Origin: Candidatus Odinarchaeota archaeon
Lineage (GTDB): Archaea; Asgardarchaeota; Odinarchaeia; Odinarchaeales; Odinarchaeaceae
Reading direction: 5' to 3'
Assembly (NCBI GenBank): GCA_038826135.1
Contig: JAWBON010000026.1
Span: 1 to 16,967, forward strand
DNA length: 16,967 nt
In this document: one piece after another, positions 1 to 8,598 of the stretch
Position numbering within the stretch: position 1 is the stretch's first letter
How the letters are laid out: each line of letters starts with the position of its first letter
Position numbers and translations under genes: made by a program
Notes under the pieces: generated by a model
What the model was told of the DNA's origin: nothing
What the model saw: only the letters and a program-made list of their open reading frames with translations
Database searches by the model: none

Positions 1-2
1 TT

Positions 3-3000
3 AATAACCTAGATTTGGTGGGAGAATACTATAGACAAACCTACCCGATTGAAGTGGGTGCTATAACCGATTTTAATAATATCTGGAGGCAGGAAGCTCG
101 CAGACTGCCCAGCTATTCTTCCGATAGAGCTCAACTTGTGGAATTTGTTTCAGGGCCTGTCTTCACTAGGATCGCGCTTAACAAAACCACTACATACTAC
201 ACCGGATATCCTACAGTAATATACAGAGTGTGGACTTTTTATCCCAATTACTGGACTGTGGATGTAACTGTGAAGTTCACTTATACTGAAAACTATTTAG
301 TTTACAGCCGAATGTTCCACAATGGTAGTAGAACCTATTACTCTTACGAATATGAGGATAATGTAATAGACGGTGCTACAATTCAGTTAAAATACTATCA
401 GTCAGGTCAAAACTACACCAAAACTGCTACAATTAATGCATCTGGGGGATCTGAAGGTCTACAATCATCTCTCACCATACCGTACTGGTATGCTGTATAT
501 AAATCAACTTTCGCTTATTCCTGCATACCAGCAGCTGGCTCGGAGGTGAACTATTTCTATTATTACGATGAGTACTATAATCAAAACCCATATCATTATG
601 GAGCGGCAGGTTGGGCGTACTATGGTAGCCCAATCAGTACAGCTAAAACTTGGAATGCGCAAATGGTATATACCCCGCACGGAGGTCAGTCGAATTCGTC
701 ATTCGCTGAGACAGACTATCTGAGAATATATAATCCTCTCGCTGTCCAGAAATTTAGTGCTGAATATTATAGGGGTAACCAGGTTTCCTTTCCACTTGTA
801 GATTACTCTAATAATCCAGTCGCAGATGTTAAAGTTCAATTATATAATGTTTCAGGATCCCAGTTTGTCGGCAATTCTACAAGTAATTCGTCGGGTGTAG
901 TTGTGTATACGAAATTGTATGATTACACTTATAATTTAACCGTCTGGTATACTATAGGTGGGGTGGAAAGAAGCATAGCCACTGTTTCAAGCTTATCTTT
1001 CACCGCGAATTATACTAGAACTGCATATTTTAAAATAAATTGTAGCGTAAACCTTGCTAGTATAAAACTTGTGGAAGGTGCTTCAGCTTCCCCATTATAT
1101 AATTACACTATTATAATTAACTCGACAACTAACAGTTTAAACATTACAGGTGTTTCAAACACTTATGGCTGGTATAATATTAGTCTACTTATCACGCCTA
1201 GTTCTCTATATGGTATTACTGTGAAGAACCCGGCTGGCGTTCTTAAAGCAGATAATATTAGTGTTGTTGATATAAAACTGGTAGCGCTTATAATTGTTAA
1301 CGTCACAGAGCCTGACTCGATAACGGAGCTGAACTTTATAGGCTACTCTGTTCAAATATATCCCGGGACGAATCCGGGGGGTAGAAGTACACTGAATCAG
1401 CTACCTGTTAACATATATTGGGGGGACTCTTTAACTTTCACTGTGGAATTTAGAAATCTTACGGGAAATATACCTATAAGTGACGCTTCTAAGAGAAATT
1501 GGTCTATTTACTATGAGAATAATAGCTTAATAGACACAGGTTTAGCCACACACTGGGCTGATGGGAAATATAATTTTACAGTTTCTTCAAGCAATTACGG
1601 TAATAGCTGGGGGCTAACCCTATACTTAAAAATAGAGTTTGGTAGATCTGGATGTGTAAGTCCGCCTATTTTAACTATACCAATATATATTAAGACGTGG
1701 GATACTTCTCTTTCAACTCATCCTGCCGACTATGCTTGGACTTATTGGAGGGAGAATATAACCATTTCAATAGAATACTCTACCAATCTTACAGGTAATC
1801 TACTAGATATATCCGATGGGGTTCTTTTCACAGGTTATATTAGTGGAGTCGGTTATACAGGTTACTTTACAAATCACCCAAGTAATAATGGCACTGTTAT
1901 GTTTTCTCTTAATTTAACAAATCACGGTTTAGGCATATACGCGCTTACCATCACCGCTAGCTTACCACACTATGCTTCTAAGCAGGCGAACTTGCATCTG
2001 TATATTGTAGCGATTCCAACATACGGTTCTTGGTCAAGCACATCTCTCTATATGTATGAGAGCGGCGGAACTAACGTATTGAAAGGAGCTTTCGATGAAA
2101 ATATACCTATAACTTTGGAATGTTACAGTAACGCTACTCAAAGCTTTCCATCAGAGCCTCTGATAGGTGGAATAGCAGTATATGTTTGGGATAAAGGCTC
2201 CGGTCAGCTTAACGAGATCGGCTTAGGCTCCTATAACGGGACCATCGCCTTAACAGGCTTAATACCTGAGGATGAGGGCCTGTACCTTTTAAATGTAATT
2301 ATTTCACTTGATAATAGAACACCAGTAGAGTTCTATATACAGCTGGATGTTATTCGATCATGGAGCACTAAACTTACGCTTGTTGCTAGAAACCCTGCTG
2401 GGAGTGTTCCCTGGGGGAATAATATAACTTTAACATTTAAATATGAATGTACAGAAAACCCGCGTAATGGGTTAACCTTAGACACTGCTAGTTTATCCTT
2501 TGAGTGGCCTACCGGGTACTGGTATTACGTTGATAAAGGAGCGGGTTTGTATGAAGTTAAACTTAATTCTTCAGCTTACAGTATTACAGGTGGAACAAAC
2601 GATATACTGCTTACAAAAACCGCTTCGATATCAAAGCAATATTACGCTCCCTATAATTCAACTGTAGCTATCGGAATAACTAGAATACCTGGAATAGTAA
2701 ATATATATGTTGACGGGTTTAAGAATCCCACCCAGTTCTATATTATCACATTAGAAAACAAGACAGTTGATATCGACTTCAAAGTTTACTACAGTTATAG
2801 TATTTTCAATAATCAACCTATCACCGGAGCTAATTTAACAGCTGTTATTAAATCTAGCATAGATAGTGGATGGAATATTACCACCCCTCTAGTTGAGGTG
2901 CAGCCGGGTTTATACAGGCTTATTATTAATTCAACTCAGATTCAGCCAGTTGTGAATGCGCCTTATAACTTGATTCTAGAAATTTATGCTCAGAAAGATA

Positions 3001-4055
3001 ATTATCTGCAGCAGCTTAGCCCTCAGGAATTCTATTTTGTATTAAGACCAATCCAAGTAGGCTCTACAGTTGCTGAGCTGGAGGGCGCTAAGATGGAGGG
3101 TACTTTTATAAGCGCTAATCAAGGTGACCAGGTTATATTGAGATTTAAGGTTGAAGATTTAGATCACGATTTAGCTTTAACTTCAGCAACAGTTACAGCG
3201 CACCTTAAATCAGGTGCTCAAATACTGAAATCCTATTCTGCTAGACACATAGGTGGAGGGGTTTACGAGTTTAATATTACCACCAGTGACTTAGACGGTT
3301 CATACACGCTCGTCTTAGAAATTAATGCTGGTGATAATTACTCTATATTAACCGCTCAATATACTATTCAAGTTGTGCCACCGTTTCCTTTAATGCTGGT
3401 GCTACTTGTAGCAGCAGCCTCCGCGGTTTCAATACCTGTAGGCTATAAGGGTTTTAAATATTATCAGTGGGCTAAGAAACCAGCTCAGATAAAGAAGATT
3501 CTTACCAGTATAGATTATATAAAGAAGATGAAGAATTTCAAAATAACCTCGCCTATAAGTAGAGAGGATGATATAAATTCTCAGCTGGGTAGAATCTTAT
3601 CAGATCCATTATATGAAGGTTTAAGAGGCTATGTGGCTGAGCCTGTTGTAAAACTCGGCTCGGTAGGCGAATACTCGGCAATATACGCTGAACTCTTTGA
3701 TAAAGTGAATCAGATTCTACCGGGTCTCTCTCCCGCTGAGAAAACCTCTCTTATCGATGAGTTGGTTAACCTTTCACCTGATGAGAGAGAGGTATTGTTA
3801 AAATCTATAGTGGAAGAGCAGAAGCTTAAATCATCCGGTAAAATTGAAGAAGCCGAGTTTATGCCTGTTGAAGAAGTTTCAAAACCGGTTGTGGAATCTC
3901 GGAATAAAATACTGGATGAATTATCGAAAATGGTTGGGGAAGGTCTTATTACAGAGGAGGAGAAGAATATTTTAGCCGTTGAGTTGATGGATCTTCCTAT
4001 AGAAGAGCAGAATAAATTTTTAGAAAGGTTGAAAAGCCGGAGGCCGGATGATTAG
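3..4055 (+). CDS. Giant single-pass (type I) cell-surface glycoprotein, 5'-truncated: beta-rich ectodomain with tandem Ig-like/prealbumin-like modules, one C-proximal TM helix, ~200-aa cytoplasmic tail
   Basis: The frame is open from base 3 (AAT AAC CTA GAT TTG...), so the TTG at 15 is probably not the true start and the gene begins upstream. The ectodomain is rich in Tyr/Thr/Ser/Asn with ~37 N-X-S/T sequons. TM segment FPLMLVLLVAAASAVSIPVGY (~3384-3446) is followed by basic KGFKYYQWAKKP, then a charged helical tail. Confidence 0.9.
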   Translation, partial: NNLDLVGEYYRQTYPIEVGAITDFNNIWRQEARRLPSYSSDRAQLVEFVSGPVFTRIALNKTTTYYTGYPTVIYRVWTFYPNYWTVDVTVKFTYTENYLVYSRMFHNGSRTYYSYEYEDNVIDGATIQLKYYQSGQNYTKTATINASGGSEGLQSSLTIPYWYAVYKSTFAYSCIPAAGSEVNYFYYYDEYYNQNPYHYGAAGWAYYGSPISTAKTWNAQMVYTPHGGQSNSSFAETDYLRIYNPLAVQKFSAEYYRGNQVSFPLVDYSNNPVADVKVQLYNVSGSQFVGNSTSNSSGVVVYTKLYDYTYNLTVWYTIGGVERSIATVSSLSFTANYTRTAYFKINCSVNLASIKLVEGASASPLYNYTIIINSTTNSLNITGVSNTYGWYNISLLITPSSLYGITVKNPAGVLKADNISVVDIKLVALIIVNVTEPDSITELNFIGYSVQIYPGTNPGGRSTLNQLPVNIYWGDSLTFTVEFRNLTGNIPISDASKRNWSIYYENNSLIDTGLATHWADGKYNFTVSSSNYGNSWGLTLYLKIEFGRSGCVSPPILTIPIYIKTWDTSLSTHPADYAWTYWRENITISIEYSTNLTGNLLDISDGVLFTGYISGVGYTGYFTNHPSNNGTVMFSLNLTNHGLGIYALTITASLPHYASKQANLHLYIVAIPTYGSWSSTSLYMYESGGTNVLKGAFDENIPITLECYSNATQSFPSEPLIGGIAVYVWDKGSGQLNEIGLGSYNGTIALTGLIPEDEGLYLLNVIISLDNRTPVEFYIQLDVIRSWSTKLTLVARNPAGSVPWGNNITLTFKYECTENPRNGLTLDTASLSFEWPTGYWYYVDKGAGLYEVKLNSSAYSITGGTNDILLTKTASISKQYYAPYNSTVAIGITRIPGIVNIYVDGFKNPTQFYIITLENKTVDIDFKVYYSYSIFNNQPITGANLTAVIKSSIDSGWNITTPLVEVQPGLYRLIINSTQIQPVVNAPYNLILEIYAQKDNYLQQLSPQEFYFVLRPIQVGSTVAELEGAKMEGTFISANQGDQVILRFKVEDLDHDLALTSATVTAHLKSGAQILKSYSARHIGGGVYEFNITTSDLDGSYTLVLEINAGDNYSILTAQYTIQVVPPFPLMLVLLVAAASAVSIPVGYKGFKYYQWAKKPAQIKKILTSIDYIKKMKNFKITSPISREDDINSQLGRILSDPLYEGLRGYVAEPVVKLGSVGEYSAIYAELFDKVNQILPGLSPAEKTSLIDELVNLSPDEREVLLKSIVEEQKLKSSGKIEEAEFMPVEEVSKPVVESRNKILDELSKMVGEGLITEEEKNILAVELMDLPIEEQNKFLERLKSRRPDD
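3726..4031 (+). repeat. Protein-level duplicated 28-aa helical motif in the cytoplasmic tail (3726-3809 and 3948-4031)
   Basis: LSPAEKTSLIDELVNLSPDEREVLLKSI aligns without gaps to ITEEEKNILAVELMDLPIEEQNKFLERL: 8/28 identical with the same hydrophobic pattern. Confidence 0.7.
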
Positions 4056-4064
4056 TCGAGCTGG

Positions 4065-4964
4065 TTAAGCTACAGTGTTTTCTAAGCATCCGATTCTCTC
4101 AATTTCAATTTTAATCTTGTCTCCGGGTTTAAGATATTTCGGCCCGGTTTTCTGCATCATGCCTATACCTGGAGGTGTACCGGTGGATATTACATCACCG
4201 GGTAGCATTGTTAAATCACGTGAGATGTCTGAGACTATTTCATAACAGTTGAAAACCATTTTACTAGTGTTTGAATCTTGGCGGAGCTCCCCGTTAATCC
4301 ATAATCTTATTCTAAGATTATTAGGGTTAAAATCCCCTGTATTAATTAATATGAATGGGCCTATGGGGGCAAATGTATCCAGTGACTTAGATCTGAACCA
4401 TTGAATTTTCCCGTTGAATTCAAGATCGCGGGCTGTCACGTCGTTCATGATCGTGTAACCTAAAATATAGTTTTCAGCATCTTTCACAGAGACATCTTTA
4501 CATTTTCTACCTATTATGATCGCCAGTTCAGCCTCATAATCGATTGACTTGGATATTTTAGGTAAAATAATTTTATCTCTGTGCGCTATTAACGTGTTAG
4601 ATGTTTTAGAAAACAGGTTCAGCTTATCCGGTAGGGGCATACCGAGTTCTTGGGCGTGATCAGCGTAGTTTAAGCCTAAGCATATAATCTTCGAAGGCTC
4701 TATTACAGGTGGTAGAAACTCTATTTTATCGACATCTATCTGTTTTATCTTCTGTAAGTTTTTCTTTTTTAACAGGTTATTAAGTTCTCTGAAAGGTGTT
4801 ACTGTGTTTTCCATATACTTGAATAGTTCAGGTCTGGCTGGGATTCGAGAATATGATATGTTTTCTAACAGAGTTCTTTTAACGTTCTCGTAGGGGAAAA
4901 ATTTATCGTCGACGCATAGCCCTAGTTTAGGGCGCCCCGCAAATTTATAGTAGAATATTCTCAT
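4065..4964 (-). CDS. Fumarylacetoacetate hydrolase (FAH) family protein
   Basis: Family motifs KIICLGLNYADHAQE, IDYEAELAIIIG, GYTIMNDVTARD, SKSLDTFAPIGP and PGDVISTGTPPGIG. Substrate not assignable from sequence. Confidence 0.95.
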   Translation of the reverse strand: MRIFYYKFAGRPKLGLCVDDKFFPYENVKRTLLENISYSRIPARPELFKYMENTVTPFRELNNLLKKKNLQKIKQIDVDKIEFLPPVIEPSKIICLGLNYADHAQELGMPLPDKLNLFSKTSNTLIAHRDKIILPKISKSIDYEAELAIIIGRKCKDVSVKDAENYILGYTIMNDVTARDLEFNGKIQWFRSKSLDTFAPIGPFILINTGDFNPNNLRIRLWINGELRQDSNTSKMVFNCYEIVSDISRDLTMLPGDVISTGTPPGIGMMQKTGPKYLKPGDKIKIEIERIGCLENTVA

Positions 4965-4981
4965 TCATATCTTCCCTAGCT

Positions 4982-5653
4982 TCACTCAGAGGGGCTTTCC
5001 TCCCAGCCTAAGGCTTTAAGAGCTTCTAATATGGCTTTTCTTTCAGATTCAAAAGCGGACTTCTCTTCCTCAGATATTTTTTCCATTTTCTTCGAGGCCT
5101 CAACTTTTTCAACGCTAATTGAAACAGGTTCCCGCTCTCCGAAAGCCTCGCTTTCCTCCATTATGTTAACAGGCTGTCGCGGGCCCTCATCCACTGTTGC
5201 TGGTTGTTTTTCAACTTCTACTGTTCCCATCATGGCCTCCGCGATTTCTTCAACTGGTTTAGCTAATCCGCTTAGAATGTTAGCTATATCTTTAGCGTAT
5301 TTTTTAAGAACACCTAGATAATAACCTAATCTATAGCTTTGTCTGCCTGCAGCTACTAGCATCGTGGTTGGGCCGGCTTCAGTGACGATCGTGTAGCCTT
5401 CATCCCCTTTAATTATAACTTCCTTTAACTCGCCTTGTTTAAGTCTTCTAATAGTCATTGAACCGAGGTTAACCATAGCGGCAGCTGCAGCTGAGAATAT
5501 GTCTGCATCCATTTCAGCGCTTACAGAGCAGGCTAGTCTTATTCCCTCTTTTGTAACAACCGCTGTTGCTTCAAGCTCTGTTTTCTGCTCTAATTCTTTA
5601 AGCAGCTTCATTATTTCCTCCCGCTTTTGTTTGATATCGCTGTCCTCGGACAT
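4982..5653 (-). CDS. Roadblock/LC7 (MglB-like) domain protein with a ~96-aa acidic C-terminal extension
   Basis: Roadblock pattern: helix, ATAVVTKEGIRLAC, helix ADIFSAAAAAMVNLG, then EVIIKGDEGYTIVTEAG and LGYYLGVLKKYAKDI. Start placed at ATG 5653 because GGTGA (5663-5659) lies 5 nt upstream; the ORF track uses GTG 5662. Confidence 0.88.
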   Translation of the reverse strand: MSEDSDIKQKREEIMKLLKELEQKTELEATAVVTKEGIRLACSVSAEMDADIFSAAAAAMVNLGSMTIRRLKQGELKEVIIKGDEGYTIVTEAGPTTMLVAAGRQSYRLGYYLGVLKKYAKDIANILSGLAKPVEEIAEAMMGTVEVEKQPATVDEGPRQPVNIMEESEAFGEREPVSISVEKVEASKKMEKISEEEKSAFESERKAILEALKALGWEESPSE

Positions 5654-5808
5654 ATCCTTCACCGTTTGACTTGTACTTTAATACTGGTTAATCTAGTATT
5701 TTAATATATAGATTATATTATGTATCATAACTACATATTAATTATCGATAAAAATAAATACAGTGTTTTTACTATATTCTCCAAAAATATTTTCGGGGTT
5801 CAATCAAA

Positions 5809-6966
5809 ATGAGCAGGAGTTTTACAGCGTCTAGAATGAGTAAAATACCACCTTCGGGTACAATAAATATGTTTGAATTAGCGCTAATGTTTGAGAGAAA
5901 AGGTGAGAAAGTAATACATTTAGAAGTTGGAGAACCCGAGTTTGACACTCCTAATCATATCAAGAAAGCAGCTATTGAATATTTAGAAAAAGGTTTCACG
6001 CATTACACATCTAGTAGAGGAGTCTACGAGTTAAGAGCGGCTGTATGCGAGGACCTATCGGAGAGAGGGTGTGATTTCACACCGGACGAGGTGCTTATCA
6101 CACCAGGAGCTAAACACGCTATATTGTGCGCTGTATTAGCTACACTTAACCCTGGTGACGAAGTTCTAATACCGACCCCTGCTTGGCCAACCTACCATGT
6201 GATTGTGGAAATGGCTGATGCTATACCGGTTAATATCCCAACTGAGAAACTGTATCGGATAGACTTAGATGTTTTAAAGCATTCAATCACAGATAAAACT
6301 AAGATGATAATAATAAACAGTCCGAACAATCCCACAGGCGGTGTTATAGAAGAGAATATTTTGAAGGGAATAGCTGAAATAGCTTTAGAACGTGACCTAC
6401 TTGTTTTAAGCGATGAAATATATGATAGGCTCGTTTACGATGGTTTCAGACAAACCTCTTTCGGATCGTTAAAAGACGTGAAGGAGCGGACGATTCTGAT
6501 CAACGGTTTTTCTAAAACATTCGCTATGACGGGTTGGCGTCTCGGCTATGTTGCCGCTGAAAAAGATTTGATAAACAACTGTCTCAGAATTCAGCAAAAC
6601 AGTACAACCTGTCCTACAAGCTTTGTTCAATTAGCAGCGTTAGCAGCGCTAAAAACAAAGACATCCGACTTAGATAATATGATTCACACGTACGAGAAGA
6701 GGAGGAAGATGATGGTGGATTTATTAAATGAGATAAAATTTATTTCATGCGAGCTTCCTAAAGGCGCTTTCTACGTCTTTCCTCACTATGATCTGCCTGT
6801 TAAATCCGAGGTGCTGGCTGAAAGAATACTTCGGGAAACTAAAGTGTGTTTAACACCAGGCTCAGTCTTTTACGGTGAAAATCATTTAAGATTAAGCTAT
6901 GCGGTAGCTGACGAGAATATTCTTGAAGCTTTAACGCGGCTTAAAAACTTTTTTAATAATCTGTGA
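5809..6966 (+). CDS. Class I PLP-dependent aminotransferase (aspartate aminotransferase-like)
   Basis: LEVGEPEFDTP, HYTSSRGVYELR, INSPNNPTG, SDEIYD, GFSKTFAMTGWRLGY (PLP lysine), GAFYVFP, LRLSYA. Confidence 0.96.
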   Translation: MSRSFTASRMSKIPPSGTINMFELALMFERKGEKVIHLEVGEPEFDTPNHIKKAAIEYLEKGFTHYTSSRGVYELRAAVCEDLSERGCDFTPDEVLITPGAKHAILCAVLATLNPGDEVLIPTPAWPTYHVIVEMADAIPVNIPTEKLYRIDLDVLKHSITDKTKMIIINSPNNPTGGVIEENILKGIAEIALERDLLVLSDEIYDRLVYDGFRQTSFGSLKDVKERTILINGFSKTFAMTGWRLGYVAAEKDLINNCLRIQQNSTTCPTSFVQLAALAALKTKTSDLDNMIHTYEKRRKMMVDLLNEIKFISCELPKGAFYVFPHYDLPVKSEVLAERILRETKVCLTPGSVFYGENHLRLSYAVADENILEALTRLKNFFNNL

Positions 6967-7060
6967 ATGAATGGAAGGGTAAAAGATAATTAATGTTTAA
7001 ATAGGGGTGGAATTCTACACTTCTTAATTAACCTGGTTATTAACTATTTTATGATATCTT

Positions 7061-7067
7061 GGAGGTG
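7061..7067 (+). promoter_or_regulatory. Shine-Dalgarno site GGAGGTG for rps26e
   Basis: GGAGGTG lies 5 nt before the TTG start at 7073; there is no in-frame ATG nearby. Confidence 0.75.
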
Positions 7068-7072
7068 TATAA

Positions 7073-7351
7073 TTGCCTAAAAAGAGAAGGAGCGGCGGCC
7101 GGGCTGGAGGATCCGCTGGTAAAAAATCTGTTGTACAATGCTCCCAGTGCGGTAAACTTGTGCCGAGGGATAAAGCTAAGAAGGTTACTAAATATTTAAC
7201 ACTGGTTGAACCTACTATTGCGAAAGAGTTGAGACAGAAAGGAACATACATTCCTAGAGAGAAAGTGATTAAATATTACTGTATAAGTTGTGCTGTTCAC
7301 CGCGGGGTTGTTAGAATAAGACCTAGAGAGGAGAGAAGGGTTAACGAGTAA
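7073..7351 (+). CDS. rps26e: 30S ribosomal protein S26e
   Basis: MPKKRRSGGR N-terminus, zinc ligands CSQC and CISC, VPRDKAKK and CAVHRGVVRIR motifs; TTG start. Confidence 0.97.
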   Translation: MPKKRRSGGRAGGSAGKKSVVQCSQCGKLVPRDKAKKVTKYLTLVEPTIAKELRQKGTYIPREKVIKYYCISCAVHRGVVRIRPREERRVNE

Positions 7352-7572
7352 CTACTATACGTGTTCGAAGCTGAACATTGATAAAAAATATTATTAACCA
7401 TTTTTACTGAAATCATAGAATAGACTAAGATATTCGACGTTAATTTTTAATCCCGCCGTTAAAGGTAAGCTTATTATTCAACTCTTACAACGCGAATGGT
7501 TAAATCCGCTCTCAAGTTTTATCAGCATCCTTGAAATATACTTTGCTTGAAAAATATAGAGAGAATAAGAAT

Positions 7573-8151
7573 ATGATAGACTTTATTATAGTGTGTAACA
7601 ATCCTGTTAACCCGGAATTCAATTTTAAAGATGTGCCTGGAACCAGTAACAGACTAGATGTTATAATTAGAAGTTTTCTAGCAGTGGTAAATTCAAATTT
7701 TACTAATCACCTCAAACCTAGATTAATAATAAGTTTTGAAAAAAATTCAGGCGGAGCTAAAACAATATTTGTAAACACCTCTGTAAAACTTGATGTTGAA
7801 AACGAGTTTGCAGCTGCTAGATTATTCAAAACAATGTTGAAAGCTGATTGGAAAGAAGATGGATCAAGTGAAGGACTGTTAATTAAACCCCAATCTTTTA
7901 AGGATGTAATCTCCTGTCCAGCACCTGGTAGAAAAATATATTATCTACACGGTAACGGTAGGCTAATCTCTGATTTCAAGCTGGAGGCGTGTGAGAATAT
8001 AGCCTTCATAGTAGGGGATAATAATGGTTTAACAATGGAGCAGGAGAATTTTCTTGAAGAACTGGGTGTTCAAAAATTAAGCCTAGGACCGGTAGAGTAT
8101 TTAACAAGTCAATGTATGATTCTACTACAATACTGGTTAACTAAAAATTAA
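7573..8151 (+). CDS. trmY: tRNA (pseudouridine54-N1)-methyltransferase TrmY-like SPOUT methyltransferase
   Basis: FNFKDVPGTSNRLDVIIRS matches the TrmY pattern F.L.DLPG..GR.D...R. The C-terminal SPOUT knot is FIVGDNNGLT...LSLGPVEYLTSQC. ATG 7573 preferred over the track's TTG 7531 because homologues begin near M..F.I. The sequence is divergent. Confidence 0.82.
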   Translation: MIDFIIVCNNPVNPEFNFKDVPGTSNRLDVIIRSFLAVVNSNFTNHLKPRLIISFEKNSGGAKTIFVNTSVKLDVENEFAAARLFKTMLKADWKEDGSSEGLLIKPQSFKDVISCPAPGRKIYYLHGNGRLISDFKLEACENIAFIVGDNNGLTMEQENFLEELGVQKLSLGPVEYLTSQCMILLQYWLTKN

Positions 8152-8176
8152 GAATAAACTTTACAAAATATTTAAC

Positions 8177-8184
8177 TTTATAAA
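8177..8184 (+). promoter_or_regulatory. Candidate TATA box (TTTATAAA) for the padR-trxB-orf451 unit
   Basis: TTTATAAA is centred ~26 nt upstream of ATG 8206, which would fit a leaderless start. Alternatively GAGGTG (8216-8221) serves a TTG start at 8227. Confidence 0.4.
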
Positions 8185-8205
8185 AGTAAATTAAAGAATG
8201 TAAGT

Positions 8206-8577
8206 ATGTTTAATCGAGGTGTTAACTTGTCTGAGGGTGAACCTTCAATTAAGGCTGTTCAAAGGCTTAAGAGTAAGCTGACTAAGGAGAATTTATGGTT
8301 ATATATACTGAGGCTTCTTCAGGAGAAACCAAGATACGGTTACGAGATCCGTTCTGAGATAAAAAAGAGATTCAACTTCTCCCCAGCTATGGTAACAGGG
8401 TATGTTATAATTTATAAATTGAAGAGAGATAATTTAGTGGAGGAGAGAATAGATAAGTCTCAATCAAACCGTCCTGATAGAAAATATTATTTTATAACTG
8501 ATAAAGGATTATCTGCTTTAAAAGAAGCTAAAACATTTTTAGAGGAACTTATGGGAAAAATATTCGATTTAACTTAA
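8206..8577 (+). CDS. PadR-family winged-helix transcriptional regulator
   Basis: LWLYILRLLQEKPRYGYEI, YVIIYKLKRDNLV and wing RKYYFITDKG. Start is either ATG 8206 or SD-led TTG 8227. Confidence 0.92.
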   Translation: MFNRGVNLSEGEPSIKAVQRLKSKLTKENLWLYILRLLQEKPRYGYEIRSEIKKRFNFSPAMVTGYVIIYKLKRDNLVEERIDKSQSNRPDRKYYFITDKGLSALKEAKTFLEELMGKIFDLT

Positions 8578-8598
8578 AATAATCTCGGAGGATTCCTG

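Noticed and set aside
5031-5321. 96-aa plus-strand ORF
   Set aside because: Antisense shadow wholly inside the roadblock gene; Ser/Phe-rich composition mirrors Glu/Lys codons.
7024-7251. 75-aa minus-strand ORF
   Set aside because: Antisense to the unambiguous rps26e.
7352-7572. 220-bp spacer after rps26e as a possible sRNA or small ORF (16-aa minus-strand MLIKLESGFNHSRCKS)
   Set aside because: No tRNA cloverleaf, no convincing C/D box pair, and the ORF is too short with no supporting evidence.
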